A stretch of 64,000 nt of DNA from NCBI GenBank assembly GCA_013239625.1, contig MU053934.1, positions 9,507,352 to 9,571,351 of the forward strand. The letters run 5' to 3'. Positions 1-10,683 of this stretch are shown piece after piece. Within the stretch, counting starts at the first letter, position 1; the number at the start of each line of letters is the position of its first letter. The notes under the pieces were generated by a model that made no database searches, was not told where the DNA came from, and was given only the letters and a program-made list of their open reading frames with translations. Both the position numbers and the translations under genes were made by a program. The stretch comes from Lama guanicoe (Eukaryota).

Positions 1-1224
1 CGCAGCGTGGGTTTGGGGGTCAGGGGCTGTGTGTTTCCTGTGCCTGCTGTCTGCTCCGGGTGATCATGCGACTTGAAATCTGCTGCACATTCGGTGGAGC
101 CGTCAGCGGGGCTTAGTGGCTAAACATGAGTGTCTCTGGGAACAGGGCTCTGCCTGTGCTTAGAGCTGCTGGGACCGTGGTCTTGCAGCTCCCTCCCTGA
201 CTCTGCCTCTCCCTTACTACCAGCCGGCTTCACAGAGGTGCTGAGAAGGAGGAGACCCGGCTGATTTAGTTTCTTTCCCCTCCCTAACTGAGCAGATTCT
301 ACAACAGACTGTGGAAATTAAAAATAAGAGGCCAGAACCATAAATATATATATATATATTTTTTTTTTCTAACCAAATCACAAGTGGGGAAGATGAGGCG
401 GCAGTAGGTTAAGGACATTTGTGATGTAGAGTTTTTATCACCTGACACTTTCATGACTGTGAATGTCACAATGGATGGTCCTTGGAAACGGGTGGCAGCG
501 GAGACTACGGGCTTATACCTGTGTGTGAAGCTGCATTGAAGTGAGGTCAGCCCGGAATTAGCTCACAACATGGGGGCCATCAGTCACGCCAGATTCTCCT
601 ATGTTTGTGTATCAATTTATATAAAGAAATCAACTGTAATATGAGTAGCCAAAGGCGCCTCTGAAGTAAAAGGGACTAAGGGACATGCTTTCTTCTCTCT
701 CACTCTCTTTCTCCATGTATTTATATATACATATTCTCCAAACTTTCTATAACCGTTTCTTGTTATAACAAGAAGGAACAAAATACACTCTTATTAAATG
801 TAGTCAAACTGCAACTCAACCTTCATGTCCAATGATACCATGACAGTCAAGGGTACTTTTTATTGAGTGTCTGGTATGTTCCAGATGTTCCACCAAACTC
901 CCACTACCCTGGCTCCTCGGAACACCCAGCACGTGCGAGCTGTCCCCCCTGCACGCAGGAGCACGCAGGAGCTGAGTCGGTACGCAGCGCCCACGTGGCC
1001 GAGCTAGGGGCTGAACGTGGATGACTCCAACTCTGTCCTATTTCCGTAACAATTTCCTGCCTCTTCAAGGTGAGTATTTTTCCCAAATACAATCATCTTC
1101 AATGAAAATATTTTATCGTTTAAATAAAATCTGAAATTATTTCTGTAAACAGAATTTAGTGAAATAAATACACTAATCATTTTTTAAAAAACTTTATGAC
1201 CCTGTTAACCAACAGCCAAAGTGG

Positions 1225-1360
1225 GGAACATCCCAGGGATCAGGATAAAATGAAAATGCAGGGCGCCTTGTTCCAAAAGGATTGAGAATTTTAATACAAG
1301 GACAGCAGAGCATAAAATGTGGCGCGACTGCACGGGCTACACACCCGTGAAGCCAGGCCG
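1225..1360 (-). mobile_element. MER45A-like DNA transposon fossil, internally deleted
   Basis: AAAATGAAAATGCAGGGCGCCTTGTTCCAAAAGGATTGAGAATTT..GACAGCAGAGCAT..GCGACTGCAC..CACACCCGTGAAGCC; similar to the copy at 6032-6220. Confidence 0.7.
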
Positions 1361-2859
1361 AACAAGGTCTTGGTGGGTTTTGATTGAGCAAGGGTCACAT
1401 CCCCTTTGGGGACAAACTGAGCTCCAGAGATCACATATTAGACAACAAATGGATTCAAGCTTTAGGAAGACGTACAGTTCCAGATAAAATTTTCAGTCCT
1501 GGAAATACAAAATAATTGCAGCTCAGGAATGGAGTTCCCTGGTGAGGATGCCAGGGGAGAGAGCAGGCACTTCCCTCCCCTGGAAAGGGCCCAGCCTCTG
1601 AGCAAGGGGCTTGTCCAGGAGGACTACCCCCTGCAGGACGCCCCCTGGCGCCGAGCCCTGATGGAACTTCAGTGCCTTGCGGGAGAGCACAGGAGTGCAC
1701 GGCTGACCAGCCTGGGTCTTGGGGAGAAATGAGAAAAGACAATGCCCGCGCTTGCTCCCGTGAAAAGAGGACCTTTTCTGGGAAAGTATCTTGGGCTTCA
1801 TGGGCAGGTGGATTTTTCCCCAGCACTCTCAGGCACCGCCTAATTTGCAGGACAAGAGACAACATACTCCCCCCACTCCAACCCCCACCCTGGTCTCCAC
1901 AGCCCCCTTGCTCATTTTTCTTAAAAAAAAAAACAAACAACCCTATTCTCCCAGCCTTTCACAGAGCTCTGGGCTCTGGGACTGTTTTCTCCATAAACAT
2001 GTCTTGCAGGGAAGGACAGACAGACAAATGGATGAACAGGGTAGCGCAGGAACATCCCAAGGCCAAGTGACAGCTGATGCTCTGTGCCCCTCAGCCCCTG
2101 CTCCAGGGCTCAGACGGCCCTCGAAGGGACTGGGCTTGGCCACTGTGCAGGTCCCCAAGCCTGGGGCCGCTCAGCAGCCTCCTCCAGCCCAGACATGTCC
2201 TCAGGAGGCCAAGAGGACAGAAAATCATGCAGCAGCCAGGGAGCTTCCAGGAAGAGGAGGCCTGAGCTTCCAGGTCAGGGCCAGGCCAGTGAAGCCTCCT
2301 GCCTCACTCATGGAACACCTGACTAACGAGGGAGGACTGGGTCCTACATTTACCTCAAGTGGGGGCTGGGAGCGGGTGGGCCTGGGCCCAGGACCCTGTG
2401 TGGAGCCCAGGTCCTCTCTGGACACTGGGGGTTCCCAGCTGTCCCTCTGCTCCAGGACAGGAGCACAGGGTAGCTGCTTGCAGTGGCTGGCCCAAGATGA
2501 GGTTGCCCCTGGGAGCCCAGGCCTGCTGCTGCTGCTGCACTGGGGTCAGCCACATTTCAGGGAGCATCTTGGGCCCACCTCACTCCCCCACCCCACCCCC
2601 AGATTTGCCCAAGACTTTTCTGAGTGGGTTATAAACCAGGCAGGTGCCCAAGAAAGGTGCCTCAGCCTGAGACCAGAACACGAGGGAAAGGGCCCCATCG
2701 TGAGTCAGAGGTGGTTGTTTACCACTTAAGGAAAAAACAACCCAAAAAAGCTTCTGGGTGGAATTTCAAGTCCTGGAGATTTCTAAGTAGCCGGCCCGCT
2801 CTCCCTCGTATTTCTTTCTTTCCTCCCCTCTCCCGGCCTGCTTTCCCTCTTTGTTGCCA

Positions 2860-3490
2860 AGCTCAGACGTCGCTGCTGAAACCCAGCCCAGCGCCCGCGA
2901 AGCCCGGAAACTTCCAGCTCCGCGATTGTGCGGAAAGTTGGGGTCGCGGGGCCGGGGCGACAGCGGCGCCGCGGGGCCGGGGGCGGCGGTGACCCGGGGC
3001 GGCGGCCTGTGGTGGCCTCGCTCTGCCCGGCCGCGCCCGGCCTCGGACAGTCCGCGGGCCGGACGTGAACTTGACTCCGGCTCCCGCCCGCCGGGATCGC
3101 GGGGACACTCCGGGATGACCTGGTAAGCGGCGCCCAGTCTCCCGCCCTCGCCCTCGGAGCCCCCCGCGGCCAGCAGGGGCCGGGGCTGGGGTCCGGGCCG
3201 GGGGCCGGGGCCGGGGCCGGGGCTTGGGCCGGGAGGGGGCGCCCCGGGGGGAGAGCGCGGAGGACGCCGCCGCGGCCGCCATGGAGCGCACGGCTCAGCC
3301 CGCGGCCCTCCGCGCAGCCAAGTCGGCCCTCCCCGGCCTCCTCCTGAACAAAGGCTTGGGAAGTTCGGAGGGGAATCTTTCCCGACATTTTCCGTCCCCG
3401 GGCCGCTGGGTCTGGGCGGCGGCCATCAGGGCTCTTAAAGGGGAAAGAAGCTCGCTCCGGTTCTCTTCCCTTCCGTCTTGCACGCCCTCC
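2860..3490. promoter_or_regulatory. CpG island / candidate promoter 1
   Basis: Very dense CpG; ETS-like CCGGAAA and GCGGAAAG at ~2904-2937; GC box GGGGCGG; donor CTG|GTAAGC at 3122/3123. Confidence 0.75.
3176..3250 (+). repeat. (GGGGCC)n-like repeat, G-quadruplex potential
   Basis: GGGGCCGGGGCTGGGGTCCGGGCCGGGGGCCGGGGCCGGGGCCGGGGC read directly. Confidence 0.85.
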
Positions 3491-5064
3491 ACCCACTCTG
3501 GCTGGAGGGCAGAAGGAGGGGCACCGGTGTCACTCCGGCTTTCAGGTGTTAAACCCCCGGGGCTGGCAGGGGCCTGCCAGGGGCTGCACAGGCAGATCAG
3601 AGCCTGTGGGGTGAGGGACCCCCACAGCTCAGGGGAGGGCAGCCTTGGGCCACCTGCACAGTTGCCTCCCCTGCCACTGCAATGGGCCTGGGTCCTGGGG
3701 GCTCCAGGGTAGGGATTGTTCCTGATCCTCCCCACCTGCCTTGATGGCTTCCCTGTGGCCATACAGGGTGACTCCCCACTGCCCACCCCTGGCAGGACTA
3801 CCAGCAACCACCACTCCCTCTACTCTGCCTGGGGCTGCAGTGGCAGGCACAGGAGACACAACATGGCAGCTGCGTTCAGGACCTGGGGATGGTGGGGGCC
3901 TGGGCCCTGTGGGGCCTTGTCCCTGGGGAGCAGGGCTGGGGACATGGGTGCCTCCCTTCACCTCTGCCCACTGGCCCAGGCCCAGGCCTGGCTCTGGCCA
4001 GTTTCTGTGCACCCGTCTCCTCCCTGTGCCTGAGGCAAGGCCTCCAGTGAGTGGCCTGATCCCTGGGGAGCACCTATAGGGTGGGCGGTGGCAGGGCCTC
4101 AGAGGCTCCAAGAGCTGGGCCCTGGGCCCCGGGCTCTGAATTTGACTTGATGCCTGCCCCCTCCAAACCCCAGCCCAGGCCTGGTCCCCCCAGCTATAGC
4201 AGGGACTGCTGGCTGGGCATGCACTTGGTCCTAGGCAGGTTCCCAACCTCACCTCCATCCCCAGGGCTCCTGAACCCCAGAGTTTCCCTCAGTGAAAGGC
4301 TACAGGGACAATGGGTGGAGAAGGCCTGGGCCAGCCAGGGGCCAGACAAGTCACCACCCTCTATACCCTGGACACTCCAGCAGGGTCCTTAAATGGTCAG
4401 GTCAGCCAGGTGGGGTGCAGTAGAGAGTTTTCAGGCACCGTGGGAACAGACAGCCCAGGCCTGCCCTAGGTGGGGGCCACACGAGGCTCCTGCCAGATGC
4501 TGCCAAAAGGGTAAAGACCTAGGGTTTCAGGCCTTCCAGCCCTTCAGGAGCAGGAAATGCAGATTTGTGCATAGAATGTCCCAAATTTGAAAACAGTGAG
4601 TGCGGAACAGAGGAAACACATCCTGGGGTTGAATCCAACCTGTGGACATCCAGGTGGCAACCCCTGTGTCTATGTGAGCTGGTTAGTGTTGAAAGGAAGT
4701 TTTTGTAGTGACCCCAGCTCCAGCCCGGCCTCTGACAAGGAAGCCCCATAGATCTGGAGGGAGGGAAGTTCACACCTCATTTACCCCTCATCACGAAGGA
4801 ATCATGGGAAGTGTCGGCCTCCACGTACTGTGTCCTTCAGGTGCCTGAAGCTGGCTTGCCTCTTTAAGACCTGATCTACTTAGTGGAGCTGATTTGAAGC
4901 TAAAATCTATCCACTCAGGCTCCACCAACCAGTGCTCAGTAAGTAATGAAGGAGAGACAGGATGAACTTGAACTTGAACTTTCTTCCCAGGCCAGACAAT
5001 GGAGCCACCGCTAGTTAGGAAAGCCTGGGCTTATTGATGCACTAAAGGGGCTGGCTCTTCAGTG

Positions 5065-5270
5065 AGCCAGGCCTGGGCTTAAACCCCTGCCCAGTGTAGA
5101 TGGGTGGCCCTGGGCCAGTAACCTCACCTCTCTGAGCCTCAACTTCCTCATTCATAAAATGGGCTTAATAATAGTTCTGACTCAGTCGAGCCTTGGGAGA
5201 ATCGTGACTCCCGTGGGAATGCTTAGCGTGGCAGTAGCACGCGGAGGTACTCAGTAAACCTTAGCGGTGC
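5065..5270 (+). mobile_element. MIR SINE
   Basis: Core CTCTCTGAGCCTCAACTTCCTCATTCATAAAATGGG and tail TGCTTAGC..ACTCAGTAAA. Confidence 0.75.
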
Positions 5271-6031
5271 CTGTTTTACTGACGTAGAGGTGGACTGTGC
5301 CTTCTGGTTCCTCTAATACATCACCTGCTTCTGGGGCAGCACAGGAATTCCTCAAATTTCATGTCAACTCTCAGTCGCTTGCCTCTCCCCACTTTTTGTT
5401 TCTTTTCTTACCCCACCCCTGAGCCCCTCCCCTGTGTTCATGGCTCTGTACTGAGCACTGGGGGTCAAGAGGTGAGTCTGATAGGGGCCCTGCCTTGAGA
5501 AGCTGCCGGATGCCCTGTGCAATTATCACACCAGGATGAGGTTCTCTGAGCTAACTTTCCATCCAGAGAAGGTATTTCCTGCACAGTTCTCCTGCCGCCA
5601 GCCATGCAGTTTTTGTTGAATGCCCCCAGAGATGGGAAGTTCAGCACCTCTCTGGTGGTGTTTCTGCAGAAGCTGCAGGTGGAAGCCTCTTAGGTATCCC
5701 TGAGCCTTCACTGGTGGGACCAGCTGTGGGACAGGACTGCGGCAGTAGCTCTGGGTTTGCTGGTTTTCCCGGGGAAAACACACATCTGGTAAGAAGGTCC
5801 TAAAAACTTAGGGGAGGTGCTGATTTCAGTCTCCAGGAATGTACTGCAAGTGATCGATGCATGTCTTTATAAAACAGAGTCCCACTTCCCGTTTTTGCCA
5901 ACAGCCCACGTAGGAAGGAGAAAGGAGAGAAGGGGCCACGGTGTGGGAAATCAGACAAATTGAGAACAGAGAGCTGGTTGCTGCACTCCTGGAAGGCAAG
6001 GTGGAGCATCCAGAAGCCCAGGGCTCCTTGC

Positions 6032-6220
6032 TGAGACTGGTGGCATCCCTGCAGAGTCCAATGCAAAATTAAAAGGGGGGACCCTTCTTCAAAAATGGTT
6101 AAGAATTCCAAAACAGAGACAGCAGAGCTTTAAAGCCAGCACGGGCCCTTCTGAGTGCAGGGCCTTGCTGAGTGTGGGGCCCTGTGTGGCAGACAGGCCG
6201 CAACCCCCGAGCTGGCCCAG
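6032..6220 (-). mobile_element. MER45A-like hAT-Tip100 DNA transposon fossil
   Basis: TGCAAAATTAAAAGGGGGGACCCTTCTTCAAAAATGGTTAAGAATTCCAA..ACAGCAGAGCTTTAAAGCC..GGGCCCTTCTGAG..GGGGCCCTGTG matches the reverse of the MER45A consensus as recalled. Confidence 0.75.
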
Positions 6221-6304
6221 CTCCTTACACGTGTTCCTGCCGCGTGCCGAGGGCCGAGCAGGACCCGCCGGCAGCTCCGTTGAAGGAGCGTGACTCTTCT
6301 GCAC

Positions 6305-6720
6305 TGATTTTTTTTCTCATCACTGATGTTATGTGCTAATTTTAGAACATTTTGAATCCTCAGAAAAGAAGAAAAGTTTTCAATCACCTGTGAAACCACC
6401 CTTAGAAATAGCCAGTGGGAATGCCTCACCTTGCTGCTACAAAAACAGAGAATTTCAAGCAAAATTAGCATCTTATTATATGTATCATTTTATCTTCTGC
6501 TTGTTTCACTAAACATTTTATCACAACTCATTCTTTAGTATCAGAAGATACTAGTCAATAAATTGATTTTTAATGACTTTTTAATATTCCTTAGGTGTGT
6601 CTCCTTAACTAACCCCTTATTATTTGACACTTTGGTTGTTCCCAATTATTTCGAGTTTTCCCTGTTGTAAACACACTTTGAGGAATTCTGTGTGCACATT
6701 TCTGCTTGTTTCCTAAAGGA
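6305..6720 (-). mobile_element. Ancient L1 (L1M/L1ME-like) 3' fragment
   Basis: AT-rich block with L1ME-like text (AATCACCTGTGAAACCACCC..TTGCTTGTTTCACTAAACATT-like..GACACTTTGGTTGTTCCCAATT). Confidence 0.5.
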
Positions 6721-7446
6721 TTGAAGGCTGTCAGGAGAGATCTTCAGGTTCCAGAAGCTTTTTGAGGTTGTCTGAACTTCCACCTTGGCCAGGAGCTCAG
6801 CTGCCAGCCTCCAGCACAGTGGCAGTACTAGGGGGCTAGCCTGCCTGGCATCTTTCTACTTGTAGAATAAAACCCCACCCTCCCCAGAGCTGACTTGACT
6901 GGGCAGTTCTGAGCACGGACTGCACACACAGCACCGGCTGCCACGTGTACAACTACCATGTGATATGCTTTAACCAGCCCCCTTTACGGATGAGGACCCT
7001 GAGCCCAAAGAGCAGAGGCGCTAGCCCAAGGAACCCCTGCCTGTCCTGTTGTGAGAAGGACACATGATTACAAAGCAGAAAATGGCCCCTCGTCCTGACA
7101 AACTACCGACAGGATCTGGGGATCCAGGCTGCCTGGACGGCTGAGCCTGTCGGGCTGGGGGTAGGATGAGATTCGGTTGAGTGAGGGCGATACTCAGTAA
7201 GTAGTGGTGAAGGGAGGGGGAGGGGGAAGAGGGACAGCCCCTTAGGTGAGCTTAGAGCCCCTTAGGGGAGGAGGGCTCTGCAGGGCACTTGGCCACCCAA
7301 CCGGAGGCTCCTGAGTGCAGGGATGAGGTCTGCTGAGCCCAGCCCAGCTCTGCCCACCACAGAGGAGCATTGTGTGTGGAGTGACTGAGTGGCCACATTT
7401 TCATGGCCTCCTTCAGAGCCACTGGGGCCAGTCCAGGGTGGGATGG

Positions 7447-7806
7447 TGTGTTAGTTTCCTATTACTGCCATAGCAAAGTTCACTGATTCTAATGCCTCGA
7501 ACAACCAAGTTTATGAAGGTTGGAAATCTGAAATGTCTCACGGGGCTAAAGTCAAAGTCTTGGCAGGGCCGCTTTTTTCTGGAGGGTCTAGGGGAGACTC
7601 CATTTCCTGGCCTTTTCCAGCCTCTAGAGGTGCCCACATTCCTTGTTTCACGGCCTTTCCTCTGTCTTCAAAGAGAATTGTGTCTACCTGACCATTGCTG
7701 GGAAAGTTCTCTGTGGTTAAGGATGCGTGTGATTAGATTGGCCCCACCTGGATAACCCAGGCTGCTCACCCAGCTCAGGCCCATGATTTCATCCACCTGC
7801 AAAGTG
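7447..7806 (-). mobile_element. MaLR solo LTR (MLT1 family)
   Basis: TGTGTTAGTTTCCTATTACTGCCATAGCAAA..GGGCTAAAGTCAAAGTCTTGGCAGGGCCG..CCTTTTCCAGCCTCTAGAGG..GTGATTAGATTGGCCCCACCTGGATAACCCAGG..CTGCAAAGT. Confidence 0.8.
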
Positions 7807-7944
7807 GGTTCAGACTGTTCTGAATTTGTTCCTAGGCTGAAGAACTTCCTGCTAGAGGCCCCAGTGGCCCCAGCCCTTGCCCACCTTGAGGGTAGACATT
7901 CTGGGCACTCAGGCAGATTCTCTGCTCAGCGAGGAACTGCTCTT

Positions 7945-8110
7945 CTTCCTCTCAACCCCCTGGGGCAGGTGGAGTGGTCACCACTATCATCCCCACTTTA
8001 CAGGTGGGCAAACTGAGGCCCAGAGAGTCCAGATAACTTGCCCAAGGCCATACAGCTGGCAAGGGGCAAGGCTGAACTTTGGTGATGACTGGACCGTAAA
8101 TCCAGGGCTC
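7945..8110 (-). mobile_element. MIR SINE
   Basis: ATCCCCACTTTACAGGTGGGCAAACTGAGGCCCAGAGAG..AACTTGCCCAAGGCCATACAGCT. Confidence 0.75.
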
Positions 8111-9149
8111 TGTGCCCCCCCCCACCAGCCACCTCTAGGAACATGGTCTTTCCTGGCTCTCACCTAGCCACAGCCCTTAATTCTTTCTAGAAGGGAGGCA
8201 GGCCTTCCTGCTCTGTTCCCAGAACAGGCTGCTGCTCTCAGGGACAGAAGGGCAGTGGGGCAGCCCTCGGCAGGTTGCTCGTGTGAGTGTGGGTGGATCT
8301 GGGAGCCTCACTAGGGCCAGGGCCTCACTGGAGCTTGCATGTTAAGGGGTAAATGTGTCGATGGCAAAGGAAGAGTCATCCCAGCCAGAATGGCCGCCAC
8401 TCTTCTCCATCCAGCCCCCAACCCGGTGCTTTGGGGCGTCTTTACCCAGCACCAGCGCAGCACCTTGACTTGCCCAAAGCTGAGCCACTCTGAGTGAGAA
8501 AATGAGGAAGAGGACTTCCAGGGGCAGCGTCTGAAGCGGGGGTGGCACTCAGTACACACAGGACAGTGGCCGAGGGTGTGCTCCCAGGGCCCAGGCTCTG
8601 CAGAGGGCGCAGTCAGCGTCCCTCTGGGGCCCGGGCCTGGCATGGGAAGGGTTAAGCCACCGCGGGCACCTTGGCATGTCGCGCTGCCCAGAACGTCCAG
8701 CTCCCCACCCCCACCACTTTTCTTCCTTTTTGCCTTTTTCCTTCTTAATTAATCATACGCTGCTGCCCAATTTAAATATGGAAATGCCCAGGCCAGGCGA
8801 TGCCATTATTCCCGAGGCCAGGCGGGCTGTCCGGGGCCGGGGCTGCGGGGAGCATGGTGGCATCGCCCCCTTTCTGGTGTGTGTGAAATTATGTGCACAA
8901 AAGGCGCCTCCTTATCTGAGTGTGTGAACTAAATAAATAAATAAGGGCTTTTGTTTGTTTGCCGGCTCCTGCACATGGCTGTTTTGACTAAACCGCCCGT
9001 GTTGTCTGTGCCTTTATGGGACTCAGGAGACAGGAGGCAGGGGGAGGCCCCCGCGGCCGGCCTGGGCCGGGGTGGGGGCGGCCGCCGGGCATCTGGGCCT
9101 CTCCCTCCCCTGGCACCACTGCACCCCGCACCCCTCCCTACACACACCC

Positions 9150-9473
9150 TTGCCGGAAAGTTCCCCAGCCCGGGCCGGGCTCCCAGGCAGCTTGGCGCCG
9201 TGCCAGGCTCGCCGCCGAGCGCGGGCAGCAGGGTGGGGCGAGCGGCGGCAGCGCCGAGGACGTGGCCGGGCGCCCCGGGCGCGAGCAGGACCCGAGGCCG
9301 GGAGGCCGGGCCCAGAAGGTGAGGGCACCCGGGGTGGGCACGGGGTGGGCGCTCGGCGGGCAGCAGGCGGCACAGCCGGCCCGGAGCAGGCCCGGGGCGG
9401 GCAGAGGGACGGCAAGCAGAGGACGCGGCCACAAAGCTGGGCAGTGCCAGGCGTCGCCGCTGCCCGCCCAGCC
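9150..9473 (-). pseudogene. PRR34: Non-coding (frame-disrupted, no ATG) orthologue of the human PRR34/C22orf26 ORF
   Basis: Three minus-strand frames give AWHCPAL..CPPSAHPVPTPGALTFWA, PRVLLAPGAPGHVL and PHPAARARRRAWHGAKLPGSPARAG, collinear with the human PRR34 peptide as I recall it. The syntenic position fits. Not verified by a search. Confidence 0.55.
9200..9318 (+). ncRNA. Candidate first exon of a PRR34-AS1-like / distal pri-let-7 transcript (5' end approximate)
   Basis: Lies inside a CpG island and ends at a strong donor AAG|GTGAGG (intron from 9319), antisense to the PRR34-like segment. Confidence 0.45.
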
Positions 9474-10412
9474 GGCCTCCCTCCCGCCCGCCCCGGCCCG
9501 GCTCCGCGGGGAGGCCTCGCGTGCACGGGGGCCGGGCAGTCGCAACAGACCGAGCTGTGGCCGCTCTGGCCGAAGGAAGGCCCAGTGAGGCGGGGCCCAG
9601 GGCTGTCAAGGAGAAAAACATCCCAAGGCCTGCAAATTGCTGCTCTCAGCTTTTTTTTCCTCCTCCTGCTTGGGAGGAAAAAAAAAAAAGCAGCGCTTCC
9701 TCTGGAGGCGGATGCAAAAAGCATGCAGAATTTTAACCATCTCCTGCGCTATCCTTCCCCAGCAGGGTGGCCTGGGCCCTGCACAGTGGCACCACGGGAG
9801 GGGGAATGGTGAGAGCCCCAGATGCCTCTTTCTGGGAAAAGCTGGAAAGCCAGGACCCTTGCCCCTCTCCAGAAGCTGGGCCCGACACAGGGGTGTGAGG
9901 AGGACTGGAGGGTGTGGGTGCCCAGGGCTGACACAGAGCTGGCACGTGGTGGGCCGCTAGGCACCCTAATAATTACCTCTGTGTCACCATCACACATGCC
10001 TGGTGGGCCCATCTCTTGGTGTTGAATGTGGTACCCGGGGCACCTGGCTGGGGACCCCAGCACAGCAGTGGGGCGGGGGTCTGGGTTCCCACTGACGTGA
10101 GGCCTTCAGTCATGCTGGGATCCTAGGCCTTTCTCATGATCGAGTTTTGCATTTTGAAAATAATGTGGAAAGTCTTCTGGTGGCTGTTGGGGACTTCACA
10201 TGCCATTCATTCAGGGCAGGACTTATGAATTCTGGAGTCAAGAGGGTGATCTGGTCACTGGAGGAACGGCAGGCAAGTCCCATATGCACCTCATGGGGGT
10301 GAGGATGCCTTTCAGGAAGAGGTCAAGGGAGCTCGGAGGGGTGGTCCAGGGAGGCACAGTGCCCAGGGCCCAGGAATATGTTTTAATTTTAATGTTTTTT
10401 AAAATCAGAAGA

Positions 10413-10683
10413 AAAAAGGGGAGGTTCCAAGCCAGGGGGGAAAGGAGGTAGGAAGGGATAAATTGGGAGTTCGAGATTTACAGATACACACTACTATATA
10501 TAAAATAGATAAACAACAAGTTTCTTTGGTAGTGCACAGGGAACTATATTCAATATCTTGTAGTAGCCTATAATGAAAAAGAATATGAAAAGGAATATGT
10601 GTATGTACCTGGATGACTGAAACATGATGCTGTGTACTAGAAATTGACACAACATTGTAAACTGACCATACTTCAATTTTAAA
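10413..10683 (+). mobile_element. 5'-truncated L1 (artiodactyl-type 3' UTR) with TSD
   Basis: Typical L1 3' UTR text (GGGATAAATTGGGAGTT..TATATAAAATAGATAAACAACAAG..GCACAGGGAACTATATTCAATATCTTG..ACATTGTAAACTGAC..A-tail). TSD AAAATCAGAAGA at 10401-10412 and 10684-10695, at a TT/AAAA endonuclease site. Confidence 0.88.

Larger units (their letters stand above)
8990..9610. promoter_or_regulatory. CpG island / candidate bidirectional promoter 2 (PRR34/PRR34-AS1-like)
   Basis: Dense CpG, GC boxes, kB/ETS-like CCGGAAAGTTCCCC at ~9153-9166, donor at 9318/9319. Confidence 0.8.

Noticed and set aside
1639..1652. CTCF-like motifs (also 41368-41381, ~47544, ~60942)
   Set aside because: Plausible matches, but such words are frequent in GC-rich DNA and cannot be ranked without a PWM scan or ChIP data.
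1791..2729. 312-aa ORF
   Set aside because: It runs through a poly-A tract and repeat-like sequence and resembles no protein I recognise.
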